A stretch of DNA of 63,011 nucleotides, counting the filler, from Asterionella formosa (Eukaryota): the NCBI GenBank assembly GCA_002256025.1. It is 10 parts of 10 records of this genome, joined end to end, with 100 filler letters (N's around TTAATTAATTAA, not from the genome) between each part and the next. Parts side by side here need not be neighbours in the genome. Positions count along the whole stretch, not along the records: positions 6,321 to 12,540 come from NKIB01012782.1; positions 12,641 to 18,859 come from NKIB01012783.1; positions 18,960 to 25,177 come from NKIB01012784.1; 7 more parts are not named here. One strand, written 5' to 3'. Shown here one piece after another: positions 11,135 through 23,050 of this stretch; position 1 is the first letter of the stretch; each line of letters starts with the position of its first letter. Below the pieces are notes generated by a model. It saw only the letters and a program-made list of their open reading frames with translations, did not search any database and was not told the origin of the DNA. Both the position numbers and the translations under genes were made by a program.

Positions 11135-12034
11135 TCACATCTCCTTGTAATTCTTAATTTTTTCTTTTCTCCCAGATCGGTCGTTCCATATTCTATTTCC
11201 GATTTGCGGACTGAATGTCTTGATGAACGCTTCAACTACCGATATATCCCAGGTCTCCTTGTGCAAATGGATTAGGTTATTTTCGTCCAAATGATAGAAA
11301 GTTTGTCCTGTCCACTCAGGTAATACAGGTTTCCAAGGCAGGTGTAAGACTCCTTTTATGCTCCATTCCGCCACCAATAACTTGTCATGGACAATATTCA
11401 GGGATAGGAGTTCGGCACGAGACTCCTGGTGATCAAAGAGCTGTGAAGCAGCATTCAAATATTTCCGCAGGCCTCTGACAGGCATGTCTGGATCAGGTCC
11501 ATCAAAGAAGCAATCATCTCTGTAAATTGTAGTATTCAGACGACCTGTGATATAGTATCCCTTGTCAGTTCCGGTCTTCCAATCACCCAAGATCTTTTCA
11601 AAAATTTCGTTGATATGCAGGTCTAGTGATTTCTCCTTGCTTTTGATTGTTGCTCGACACCCTAACGGTAAGTCTAACGACTTGTGTCGAATTATTAAGA
11701 AGCGACACAGTATGTAGAGTCCATCGAGGACATCGGCGGCACGTCTTCGGAAGAAGGGGCATTTTATTGTGAGAGATTCAGTGTACAATTCCTCAAGATG
11801 TTCTGTCAACCACCTTTCGATGGGTGCCGCTGTGGATGCTACTGCTAACGATCCAAAAGATCGCGATGGCTCTTCTGGAGGTGTTTTAAAGCCTTGTAAT
11901 AAAACTAAATGTTGTACTTCTGTGGAAGTTTGCATTCTTGATAGTTGATGTGTAGTCCTGATCGGTGCAAATGCCAATGTTTTGGTTGAGTATGATGCTA
12001 ACATCCATGAAAGGAGGGAAAGGAGTTGAACCAT
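11135..12034 (-). CDS. Plastid-targeted DUF2358 / NTF2-SnoaL-like protein
   Basis: Signal peptide ending TLA-FAP (diatom ASAFAP-type motif); motifs GYYITGRL, IYRDDCFFDGPDPD, LPWKP, IHLHKETWDIS. Confidence 0.8.
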   Translation of the reverse strand: MVQLLSLLSWMLASYSTKTLAFAPIRTTHQLSRMQTSTEVQHLVLLQGFKTPPEEPSRSFGSLAVASTAAPIERWLTEHLEELYTESLTIKCPFFRRRAADVLDGLYILCRFLIIRHKSLDLPLGCRATIKSKEKSLDLHINEIFEKILGDWKTGTDKGYYITGRLNTTIYRDDCFFDGPDPDMPVRGLRKYLNAASQLFDHQESRAELLSLNIVHDKLLVAEWSIKGVLHLPWKPVLPEWTGQTFYHLDENNLIHLHKETWDISVVEAFIKTFSPQIGNRIWNDRSGRKEKIKNYKEM

Positions 12035-12640
12035 TGTCGCCGAGTTCTGATGGCTATTTGTATCACGCCACCGAAAGGAAACAAGCAGTGGTATCGCTCT
12101 TCAAAAATGAGGAATGGTGCGTTGTGATGGAACCGCACATCACCATTGTAATGGTACATTTTCTTTTTGCCATCAACATTACCGGTAAATTGCTCGTCGC
12201 CTGGTTCGCCTTGCCTTGGCATTTTGTGTAGCTAATGGTATGTTTGGCGCGTGGTTGTTCTGTGCAATGCAGGCAGCTTTTCATGTCATCTGTTTGATTG
12301 CTACCAGGTACTACTTTTAACCTCCTTATTGTGTACGTACATACAAGTACCTGGTACCTGGGATTTTCGAATTGCCCCAAGTTCCGCTCGTGTACATACC
12401 GTCATCCATCAGAGGGTACCAGGTACCAGGTCCTGACACCTGGAAAAGGATACAGGTATCAGAGTCGCCTTTGAAAACACAAGCAAGTTGAACTCAGGTG
12501 TACCTTTGATTTGTAGAGCTCGGAGCGCGACTTACACAGANNNNNNNNNNNNNNNNNNNNNNNNNNNNNNNNNNNNNNNNNNNNTTAATTAATTAANNNN
12601 NNNNNNNNNNNNNNNNNNNNNNNNNNNNNNNNNNNNNNNN

Positions 12641-13136
12641 AGGTTGTAACACTGATTGATGCTCTGGTGACAGACTGGCCGGAAATGCTCGTCTTGTGTG
12701 ATGAGCCATTTTGTTTTCATTGGATTTCTTTTCAAGCTCTTAATGAATTGCATAGTACGAACATACTTTGCCATGTAGATGATGATTCATCGAAGACATA
12801 TGATGACTTGAACGACAAATGAAGATTTTATCACAAACATTCGTTCCTCTTGACATGGCTGGTTTGTCGTTGTTGCAAGAATCAGAGTGAGGACTGGAGA
12901 GGATGATGAGCCAAACCACATTACTTTCACTGGTATATTAACCTACCAAGAAATTTAAATAAAAGAACCTAAAAGAAACAATACATATAATAATTAAATT
13001 TCCATAGTCAAAAGGGTTACTATTTAAATTACAAAGGCATTTATCGAAATTATTAGATGATATAACGAAAAATTATGATCAGATGATCACAATCCTATGA
13101 TGCATCATGGAAATATGATAGTTTTTATTTGCAGAC
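12641..13136 (-). repeat. Dispersed repeat family with terminus GTCTGCAAATAAAAA (copy 1, cut by gap)
   Basis: Reverse complement of 35486-35981; terminal part also at 54746 onward. Confidence 0.8.
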
Positions 13137-14674
13137 GCACCAGTTGATTGTAGAGTCGGAAGTGGAGGGATGTGAGGATTGCATTTCTGTGAATGCTGTG
13201 ATTTTTGTTGTCCTGAATTTCAATGTCGATGGGTTCAATCCCTTGTGATAAACAAGGACCCCAACGAAGTGTACACTGGTTTCAAACCTTCTTTTAAAGT
13301 TTCTAAGTCTACTAGTGATTAGTTTTCTTCCCTATTTTCATCCATTTCAATAGAATTTCTAATTCTATCTGTGTTCCATTACACTGAAGTGTATGGTAAG
13401 AAGTGCCACGCGAGCTGCACTATTCCAGATGTGTAGTTTTAAGGTGCTTAAGAAATGAAGTTATTATATTAGCTATGTAAAGTAAATGGTAATCCACATC
13501 AACCTCCTTCGTGGTTTACCAGTTTTATCTCGAGCACCTTCCTATCTCTGCTTGCCTACTTCTTGCTGCTACCTGTTTGACAAATTGCCATATGCCGATT
13601 TTACCATCAAATGTTTTTTCCAGCAGTATTTTTCCTTGGCCTCACTAAGCATCACTCTTTATTACATGGTACCCATGACAACCACTTGTTTCTGGAGGTA
13701 TCGCGTCCTGAGGTAGATAGACATTCTGTGAAGCATTTGATACAAAAATCCTGTTATATCTACTTGGACATCGCAATAGAAGTGATTAAACTCTGTTTGG
13801 TTTGAACAGCTCATGATTGACCTCGTCATCCTCTGGATGGTTCAAACATGAAACACTTCATAGTATGTTACTTATGGTAAATTACACTGTTTCATGTTAA
13901 GGAAGGTTTAATTGCATTCATATGAAGCTGCATCAACTCCAAATCTTTTGAATTGGTTTTATGGAAAATTTTAATGTCAGGGAGTTCAATCTTCTTCCCC
14001 AATGTGCAATATGATCAAGTTTTATGGTAGTTACTAGGGTGTTGACTTGATTGCTACTAAAATATCAGTGAGTGAGAATATTTTTCTCTCCCGATCTTTC
14101 ATTTCCTTTACAGTGCCTGGTAAGATTCAATCTCTCCATTTATAAACATATTGAGTGTTTTTTGGTCCTATTAATATCGAATTTGTTAACGCTTTGATTT
14201 ACTACATACAATCCACCAGTCTGTTTTGTTGTTTCCATAAGCATCCCTTTTGAGCTTATCAAACGAGCAGTCAACAGTCTCAAACCCTTTTTCTTATTGT
14301 TAAAGGGTCAAAGAAGGATGTGCAGCCGTCCCATCATACAAAACCAGGTGTCAAGTTCGAATGTCAAAAGAAGACTTAGAGCATAAATTATATCCAACAT
14401 TTCGATTCAGAATAATATTTAGATAAAATGTTCTGGAACTAGTAGGTGGATCATTATTGGAGCTTTTGCTTCATGACAGATGGTACACCACAAAGTTTGG
14501 ATGCCACTATATCAGTACAAAGTGGGTGCCCTACGGTTGTCAGGATTGAACAAGTAGGTTCTGAGTAATTAGGTACTCATTCGGAAATTATGAGCTTATT
14601 CGATTAGTGTATCTATATTAACTTATAATAAGGTGTAAGAGGCGTGTCAGAAAGAAAATAATCAGACATTCAAT

Positions 14675-14965
14675 GTGCATGAACGTGGAGATAGGGCTGA
14701 CAAAGAAGGACGTGATTTTCAGTGGTGGAACAGTCTTACTGCTACAGAACGCTTGTCTGTACTCAATATGCCACGACTCACTGTTAGCTACCACGATATT
14801 GGCTGGCAGCAGCGATCCAGCGGGAATAAGTACAATTCTGTAAGTGGACATGCTTTTTGTATTGGTTGCTACACGAAAAAGATACTAGACTATTGTGTGA
14901 AATCTAAGGTCTGTAATGTGTGCGAGAGGGCTATCCCGTACAAGAAACCAATCACGGAATATGTT
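14675..14965 (+). pseudogene. Kolobok-type ('Mutator-like') DDE transposase fragment
   Basis: LTVSYHDIGWQQRSSGNKYNSVSGHAFCIGCYTKKILDYCVKSKVCNVC resembles the VSxDxxWQKR..S..G...G..T.K.LD..V.SK.CxxC block of this family (recalled, not searched). Confidence 0.6.
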
Positions 14966-16410
14966 TGCTAAAGGCAATGCTCGCCCAAGGTGGTCTCATG
15001 CCTGCGAGTACACATGTGTACGAGAAGGCATGTAGCCACCAAGAAGGGTATTGCTGAGGTGATTCACAAACTAGCTACTGTCGCGCCATTCACTTACCTA
15101 CTGCCCACTCATCAAGTGTAAATGTCAATTTTAGCTCGCTATTGCCCATCATATAAAATATTTTTCGTATATTTCCTATCTTCACATCGAATGGGTCCGA
15201 TATTGCCCATCATTAAAATATTTTTTGTATATTTCGTATGTTCGAATTTTGGCATTACAATTGCTTTGTAGCAATTGCCCCTCGGTTATCCAGCCCTGGG
15301 ATTGCCGAAATTGGCAAGAGGTCTACTTGAGGAAACCTTTTTATCTACTCTACATACTTTAATAATTAATATTTAGAATTCACCTCGGTTTTGTTTGTCT
15401 CCTGAAAAGTGGACTCCGGCAATTCACCTTTCACCTTGCCGATCGTCATCCATCATGACCGGTTTGAAGCGAAAGCAGTTCAGCCATGACGCCAGTAGCG
15501 ATTTGTTCTCTAAAGGATGCGATTGGTTGTTGGATTGATTGTCTTCTCGAGGGATTCATGTAGCTAGTAGTCGCATCGTCAATATTTCGTTTGACAAACG
15601 ATGATATCGATACATCTGATGTTGGTGGCAAGTTTTTGCTCCGGTCATGCATGTGATGATGCTTAACGGATATTCTACCGGTAGTCATCTAGCCAACATA
15701 TGTACGTGGTACTGAAAACAACCATGCATGGTGGTATAAGCAAAATTATCTTTACAAGACCAGAATGTTAAATTGTATTGTTCACATATTGATTGATTTT
15801 ACGTACCATATGCCCAATTTCGTCCTCACAATTATAATTCTCACTCAATCCTGCCTGCCGTTGCTCAATTCGTACTTGCAACAGGAACTTTTGACTTTCT
15901 TATGAGCCCATCTCCTGCTGCATGTTACGCTTGTTCGAGGGGATCAGTGAGTATAACAGCGAAACACTGAATGTGATCGTAGATAGTACAATTGTCGAAT
16001 TTCCGATTTGATTGTTTACATGGTCCGTTTTGATCGCTTCCATCGTTGCTTGTCCTTCCGCACTGTCGTTTTGTTTCGATTGTATTTATCTACATAAGAA
16101 CAAATGTATTTATCGATGACTACTCTTTGACAACGTATTGTTGTTATCGTAGTTGTTGATTTGTATAGTCGTTTACCATGATGTCAATATTGCCGCCAAG
16201 CAATGCTTTTCTTGTACTAACGCGCTTTGCAACATTTATACTACAAGTTCGTATCACAAGCTACATAAATTACTCAGCTAGAGAGATTCAATAGTGCTGG
16301 AGCAGCGTGGCGATCACGCTTGCTCAGAGTGGAATGATCAGGGTTGCTTGTTGCTTTGGTGGGCGGAGAAATGACAGTGCCGGAAATACCACTGCTACTC
16401 CAATGCGCAT
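14966..16410 (-). mobile_element. Non-autonomous Crypton-like element, one end intact, other truncated
   Basis: Reverse complement of about 59925-61552 and about 52540-53938; starts TGCTAAAGGCAATGCTCGCCC. Confidence 0.8.
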
Positions 16411-18959
16411 TACTTGCCCTGTCTAAATGTCACTGATTTTATTTAAGGGGGAGCCGTCGGGGAATTTGATAGAATTTTCCTTATACTGGGCTGGAGTAAA
16501 ATGTTTTAGTTTTAAAGGATAGAATATTTTATGACCTTAAATCTGCAAGACACTTTCATCCTCAATGCGGGAATTCTGAGATGAGTTGGAAGTGCTCGAC
16601 ACACCGAAGACACTGTTAACGGCACTTTTTTTGAACCTTTGTCTAAATTGACATAATAATGCTACTTCTCTAAAATTAATGCTACTTTTTTCAAACATTA
16701 TGTTACTTTTTCCGAAATCTATTCGGGTTAAACAAAAAGATTTTCACTTATCGAATAATTTTGTGATCACACCAATAATTATTTGTGTCATTACAATATA
16801 TGTTGACCAACCAGCCATTGCGACAGTTTAAAAGATAAATTATGCTGCTTTTACCATATAATGAACGAAAAAGTCGCCAATTCTGATTTACTTATCAGTT
16901 TTTCCGCTCCGACATATTTTTTTGATCTGAATTGGCAAAAAACAAAACATGCAAAAGGAAGATTCACAGGTACGATTCAGCACACATTGTAGTAGTTGCG
17001 GTTGGAGACACATAGTTTAGTAATTGTTAGCCAGATTAGAAATAAGCACCGTTGAGCCTTGCATGTCGCCGTGGTGAGTCGAAATTGAGATGTGCTGCAA
17101 TGACCTTCTCATTTTCGGAGCGGCTACAAATAGTCTACAGCGATAACTCTAGGAAGTGCAATATAGAAAAAGAAGCAAAGGATGAGTAGCTGTCAACGGT
17201 TGACTTCGTAAGTTTTTAAGCTGTTTGATATCATTTTAACCTTCATCGCATGTCGCTGTAGTGAGTTGAAATTGAGATGTGCCAAAATGGCCGTCTCCTA
17301 TTCGGATCGGCTAGATTACGTCTACATTTATATTTTTAGCAAGAACGATCTGTTCATGAAATCAAGGGTCAAGAAGCTGAGGAAATTCAAATCTATTGAA
17401 TTTACTGTTTGCTATGAAATGGAAAAAGATCTTTTATATTGATAAGCAGTCATGATCTCACTCTGTGAATCTTGTTCTTCGCTTCAAGATAAAAAGGATT
17501 TTTGTTGTGGGCCGGCTCTTCTTGAAGAAACAAGCAGGCAATTTTTTTATTCCAAGTCATCAAAGAAAGAAAAAATCTGAAAGTTTGAAAAATATATGTT
17601 AAGCAGTTAATTTTTGGGATATGGAAACAGGTCCTGTATTCCATTGTGAGTTAATTGCCTATTTGCACAAAAGTGTTGCAATATAAACAATACATGAATT
17701 AAAGAAATTCGTGTTTATTTCCGCGATTCAAAGTTTCTAGTCGCGTATAGAACAACTAGTGTATTGTTGGATGTTTGCATGTATGTCTATATTAGGCTCT
17801 AAAATGACCTACTCCATAATTTCATAGAAATATAAGCCACAACAATTAGAACATACAAGAAATTAGTACAGTATTATGCTTGAAGGTATTTTCTTGCATA
17901 TTGAGATGTTGCGCTCTCTCCGAAATTACTGTCGTTCAAGTTTTCTCGTAAATTCGAACATTAGATAGAAATAGTCATGTATTACAAATTATTAAGCTAG
18001 TCATCGCAGACTCAACGATGTCTCGTTTTTGTTCATATCTTGAAAACTGAGCAAACGACGAAGAAAACAAACTTAAAGGGCAATTTCTAATTCTGGTACT
18101 CCATATAATCCCGATATACTTTAGGAATGACATGCATACGTTGAGCAATGTCGTATCATAGTAACAGCATGCAGGTATGACATCCTAACACCGTGAATAT
18201 GTCATGAAACCGACCCTAGTATCATGACGCTTTCGACAACAGCGCAAAAAACTGTTAAACTCTTTTCGATTTTTTAAGTAAACAAAAAGTCATTTAAAAT
18301 TCAGTTAGAATTTTTTATCAATGATAGAAATGCTTTTTGATTTGCGTAATATTTAGTGAAAAAAGTTATCACGGATGCCCTTGACTAATTCATTGTGCAG
18401 ATTGCAACACTTTTTGCAAATATGGTAATGGACCTTCCATTGTTGTTGATCTTCCTCTTGTTGCTCTGCACCGTCGTGTTCTTCGTCTTGTGTTTGTAAC
18501 TTTGTTAGATTGTTGATGGAGTTTTTTAACCTCCATTTCGTTCTTCATCTTGCTTGTTCCGTCGGAACAGTGGTCAGTCATGAACTTACTCTGTGAACCT
18601 TGTTCTTTTTCTACAGACAATCAATCTATTTTGGCAGGGCAGTGTTGAACCTTGGGAAGAATGAAATGGTTCATGCTCTGTTTCAGACAGGCTATCAATC
18701 AAAAACACTATCTCACCACCCTTGTCATAGATTTTTCTTTATCCTTTGGCTTCACATGCCCAGGTTACTCAATGCCTTCATCTGCAAGTTCAGCCAAGCA
18801 GGCCCACGTTGGCGTCAAGAAAACATAAACCCCGATTCTCCTAACATGCTCCACCCATTNNNNNNNNNNNNNNNNNNNNNNNNNNNNNNNNNNNNNNNNN
18901 NNNTTAATTAATTAANNNNNNNNNNNNNNNNNNNNNNNNNNNNNNNNNNNNNNNNNNNN

Positions 18960-19375
18960 TTGCAAGTGATGTTCCCTTGACGCCTCCTGTTGTGTCGCCC
19001 ACTGAATCTCCATCAATTCTTTTGTCAAGTGATGCTCCCTTGACCCCTCCTGTTGAGTCGCCAACTGAATCTCCATCAATTGTTGTTGCAAGTGATGCTC
19101 CCTTGACTCCTCCTGTTGCGTCGCCCACTGAATCTCCATCAATTGTTGTGGCAAGTGATGCTCCCTTGACCCCTCCTGTTGTGTCGCCAACTGAATCTCC
19201 ATCAATTGTTGTTGCAAGTGATGCTCCCTTGAACCCTCCTGTTGTGTCACCTACAGTATCTCCATCAATTGTTGTGGCAAGTGATGCTCTATTGACTCCT
19301 TCTGTTGTGTCACCTACAGTATCTCCATCAGTTGTTTCTTCAACTGATGCTCCGTTGACTCCTCCTGTATTTTAG
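18960..19375 (+). CDS. Partial Pro/Thr/Ser-rich mucin-like protein, 60 bp tandem repeat
   Basis: About 7 copies of a 20-aa unit TPPVVSPTESPSIVVASDAPL with mostly synonymous variation; begins at the gap. Confidence 0.55.
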
Positions 19376-20593
19376 GAGTGTGCAGAGCTTTTATTTGGAG
19401 TATGCCTTTGTTTGGTTTTCTTTTCAAGGATGCTTCACCAATATTTTGGCCAGCACTTGTGTTCTTCTTTTGGTGTACTTTTAATTTCATTTATAGAAGC
19501 GCATTTTGAATCTCCTTTTTTTGAATAAATTGCCTTTTTATCCAGCATTTCATGTAATTATAGAAAATATTTGAGTACTGCAGAGACTCCTAGGCTTATC
19601 TTTGCATGAGATTTTATTGATACCTTATGAACATTACTGGACCCACATGGTTGTACTTGTCCAATGACAATATGTATCATATTTGATGCTCAAGATGACA
19701 AGGGTATACCTCACAACCATTATTAAATTCCAAACAGTTGCATGTTTTGCAAACATTTCATGAAAATTTCATACTTTCCTGATATTTCCTTTTGTGTATT
19801 CCATGGTAGCCTTGATTGCTTGTTCTGCATTGACAAAAGGTCTCAAGCATAGACACTACCACTCGCAAATGCTCCACTATTTTGAGAAGGCCTTTTTATT
19901 CAATCATTTTCCTTAGACTTCCTTGAGATTGGCTTGGATGGCTAGGAATCCAACTGTGGTAGCGAAGGCAACAAACCAATCTGCTGTAGCTCAGCCAATG
20001 GAGCCAGGCTTTGCAATGACCTGATCATTTGAATTGAATACTATAGAATTCAAAGGCGTATTTGCTTTTCAAGTTCAATGCCAGGGATGTGACCAAGTGC
20101 TCATACTAATCTTGGGAACCCAGTTTGCCTACTATCACATGCTGGTACCCGAAAGTCTTTAAAACGATGAAAAGAATTCAGTGAGAAACGCACAATCTTG
20201 TGAGTAAATATAGATTTAATCATATCTATTTCCCATCATATAGTAGTGCATCCTTGCAGCTATGCTGTGCGTGCAAATATTTAATGTCATTTATTAAGCG
20301 CCTTATTATTGCTACTCTACTGTCAGTAGAGGAGCTGGGGTGGCGCTTCCTGGCATACCAAGCCTCGGTTGTCTAGAAGAAAAACCTATCTTAACCCGCC
20401 TGGTATCAACCCAAAAAATGTGGTAACTCTGGGTGCTTGTATGCGGGGAGGAGGATGTGGATATACTCTCTCAAATGAGAGTCAGGGAAGTGCTTACTGG
20501 TGCTATTGTGCTATATTTGTCAATCTTCTACCTCATTTTTCAACCAGTGACAAAAGTGGTGAGCTTAGTTTGTGAACGCAAAGGATGCTGAGA

Positions 20594-20905
20594 TCACACT
20601 GTGGTTCTTAACTGCTTTTCCGTTAAGTGCCTTGGAATTGTTCTATAAAATTGGTGTATATGCTGCAATCCTTGTTTGGCCAGACACACCGATTCATTGA
20701 ATAGAGATTCTGCTTTTTCAATAAACATGCGGTTTTTTCCTAGCCAAGCTTTGAGTAGCTCCAGTAAGGGTTGGTAAGAATCTCTTTTGTTGATTGTTTG
20801 CTGCTGTGAGTATAAACTCTTTATTTTTGCATCATAGGCTGAATGAGCGATGCTCTCATTTGTTCCTTTATAGAAAGCAAGATTTCGTTCCTCCCAAGCT
20901 TGCAA
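20594..20905 (-). pseudogene. Non-LTR retrotransposon ORF2 C-terminal remnant
   Basis: QAWEERNLAFY...YDAKIKSLY parallels ACWKERNAALH...YNEKIEEYY of the LINE at 32121-32507. Confidence 0.45.
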
Positions 20906-21105
20906 CGCCAGTTGCCATACTAACTGGGTGATTGCAGACTTTATCCATGAGTTGGCCTGAACTTAAGTTACCTCGTCCTGGTCTGGGTCTGATAACATTG
21001 CCTCACACTGTGATGTGGGTCCGGAGTGGCAATGGTCTCCGTTATGATGGATTCCATAAGTCATGGTTGCCACTTTGAATAACGAAATGTTTTGGAGAGT
21101 CAGGT

Positions 21106-21218
21106 GGTCCCGTTGTTGTACCATACAGACAAATAAAACCGGTACTATTTGTGTCCATTTTTATAGTCTGAGTGCGATTATTGGACAGCTTTAATGATCT
21201 ATAAAAATTAATTGACAA
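21106..21218 (+). repeat. Second copy of the SINE tail type B sequence
   Basis: Matches about 2398-2510 (TGTTGTACC...AATAAAACCGGTAC...GTGTCCAT...GAGTGC...ATTGACA) but with different upstream sequence. Confidence 0.65.
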
Positions 21219-21709
21219 TTTGCATCATCACAGAGGCACCAAATTGGAACTCAACAAAACCTTCACCATTCAACCCTTTTGAGAAATATTTTTGGTAGCA
21301 GTGAAGATACCACAATTTATTTCTTCTGCTCTTTGCCACCGTGGCATAGTGACTACATGCTCATAGACCTGTTAAAAGTGTTAAGAATTTAGAGATTGAT
21401 AGCATACAAGTGGTGTGATCTGTTGATTCCTGTTGCATTGTGTAAAAATAAGAAGATCACACAGTAGCCTTACTTGAAAACTGACAATTGTCAATCTCGT
21501 TTTTGCATCATCTTCTCATCTATTACAATGAGCAATGTCTGAGGAGATGGCCAAATTTTCACAAATTACTATTCATTGTGACAGCCTATTTGTGCATCAT
21601 GTAGCAACTGAAAAGTTGGAAAGGGTGTGCTTCTTTTAGAGTCCTCCTAGGCAACCACAAGGGCACAGCCACCAGTTGTACAATTGATATCCTTTTCAAC
21701 GCACCATTG

Positions 21710-23050
21710 CATGAATCATCTCGACGCCTCTTGAGTTACTTGATGATAACGAGGATGATTTTGGTTTTGGAACAGATGATGACAGCAGTGATCTGGATTT
21801 CTTCTTCTTGTGTCATTTAGTTAAGGAAGCAGAGGAAAAAGAACACTCATCCAAACGACAAAGGAGAAGCCGCAAACAGCACCAGGACTCATCCAAACGA
21901 CAAAGAAACAAATAGCACCATGAATGAATCTCCTGGAAATAACATGTCGAAAAGCTTTATCACGAGATTGCTTTCGAAAAGGCCTTCAGAATGTCACACA
22001 GATCATTTAAAAAACTCACCTCCATGCCGGAAATTCAGATTGCAGGGAATTATTCTAAGTGTGGCACCTCTAAGCCCATAATTCCCGAAATTTTGGTAAC
22101 CATTGGTTTGCAATCGTTGACTGGTGGCAGTTACATCGACATTTGGCATGCCTACGGTTGTAGCATTGCTTCACTTTGCTTATCGATGCCGTGATTTGTT
22201 CATTGATGCTGTACTCAATTACGAAGGACTCAAGATCATTTTCCCAGAAGCCAGAAAGAGAAGAATTCATCAAATTGGCTTACAATTTTTAATGCAAAAG
22301 CTCCAAGAGCTTTATAAGAGGATGTGTTGGTGCTGTTGACAGCTTCCTAGCCACAATCAACTGCCCAACTTTAGTTGAAAGTGGCAACAACCCCGGTTCA
22401 TTTTTTCTGGTCACTGCATGACTTATGGAATCAATGATGTCCAGGCTGTTTGTGATGCTGACTCATGATTTATTTATTTTGGTTTGATTGCACAATGAAA
22501 ATGCAGTGACCAAGTAGCTTTTGCACAAACTTCCATTTTTGATCAAGTTGCAGTGCGCATTCGATACAAATTTTTATCTGGTCGGCGATGCATCATACAC
22601 ATTGTCTGATGAAATGCTCTTTCCCTTTGTTGGCTCCTCACATCGTGATTATCCAACAAAGAATGCATTAACTTTTTCTTTCACAGCTGAGGATAAGAAT
22701 AGAAATCATGGCATTTGGTCTTCTTCAGAAAAAATGATGTGGTGTTTGTCTGAAAGGGAACCTATCGACAAGCTTGGAAATGTCTGCACGCATTCTTGAT
22801 TCATGCGCTCGACTTCATAATTATGTGATAAATGAGAAGATAATTGATAACGCGATTTTGGATGGTAGCAATCAAATACTAACAGAGATAATTCCAGTCA
22901 GTTTGTCACCCCTTGGCTGGTTGGGGCTACTTATCGACTGTGGAACCGTGCGTTGTATATATTGCCTGGAGGCTCTGTTATGCGAGATTTTATATTTACC
23001 AGATTGCGAACCTTGGGCTTGCAATGACCTCTTGTCAATATAGAGAAGAG
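21710..23050 (+). pseudogene. PIF/Harbinger transposase (DDE_Tnp_4/HARBI1-like), frameshifted
   Basis: Motifs across frames: FRKAFRMSHRSF, LTGGSYIDI, GCVGAVD, FSGH..YGIN..QAVCDA, YLVGDASY, SQLRIRIE..AFGLL, CARLHNYVI. Confidence 0.8.
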
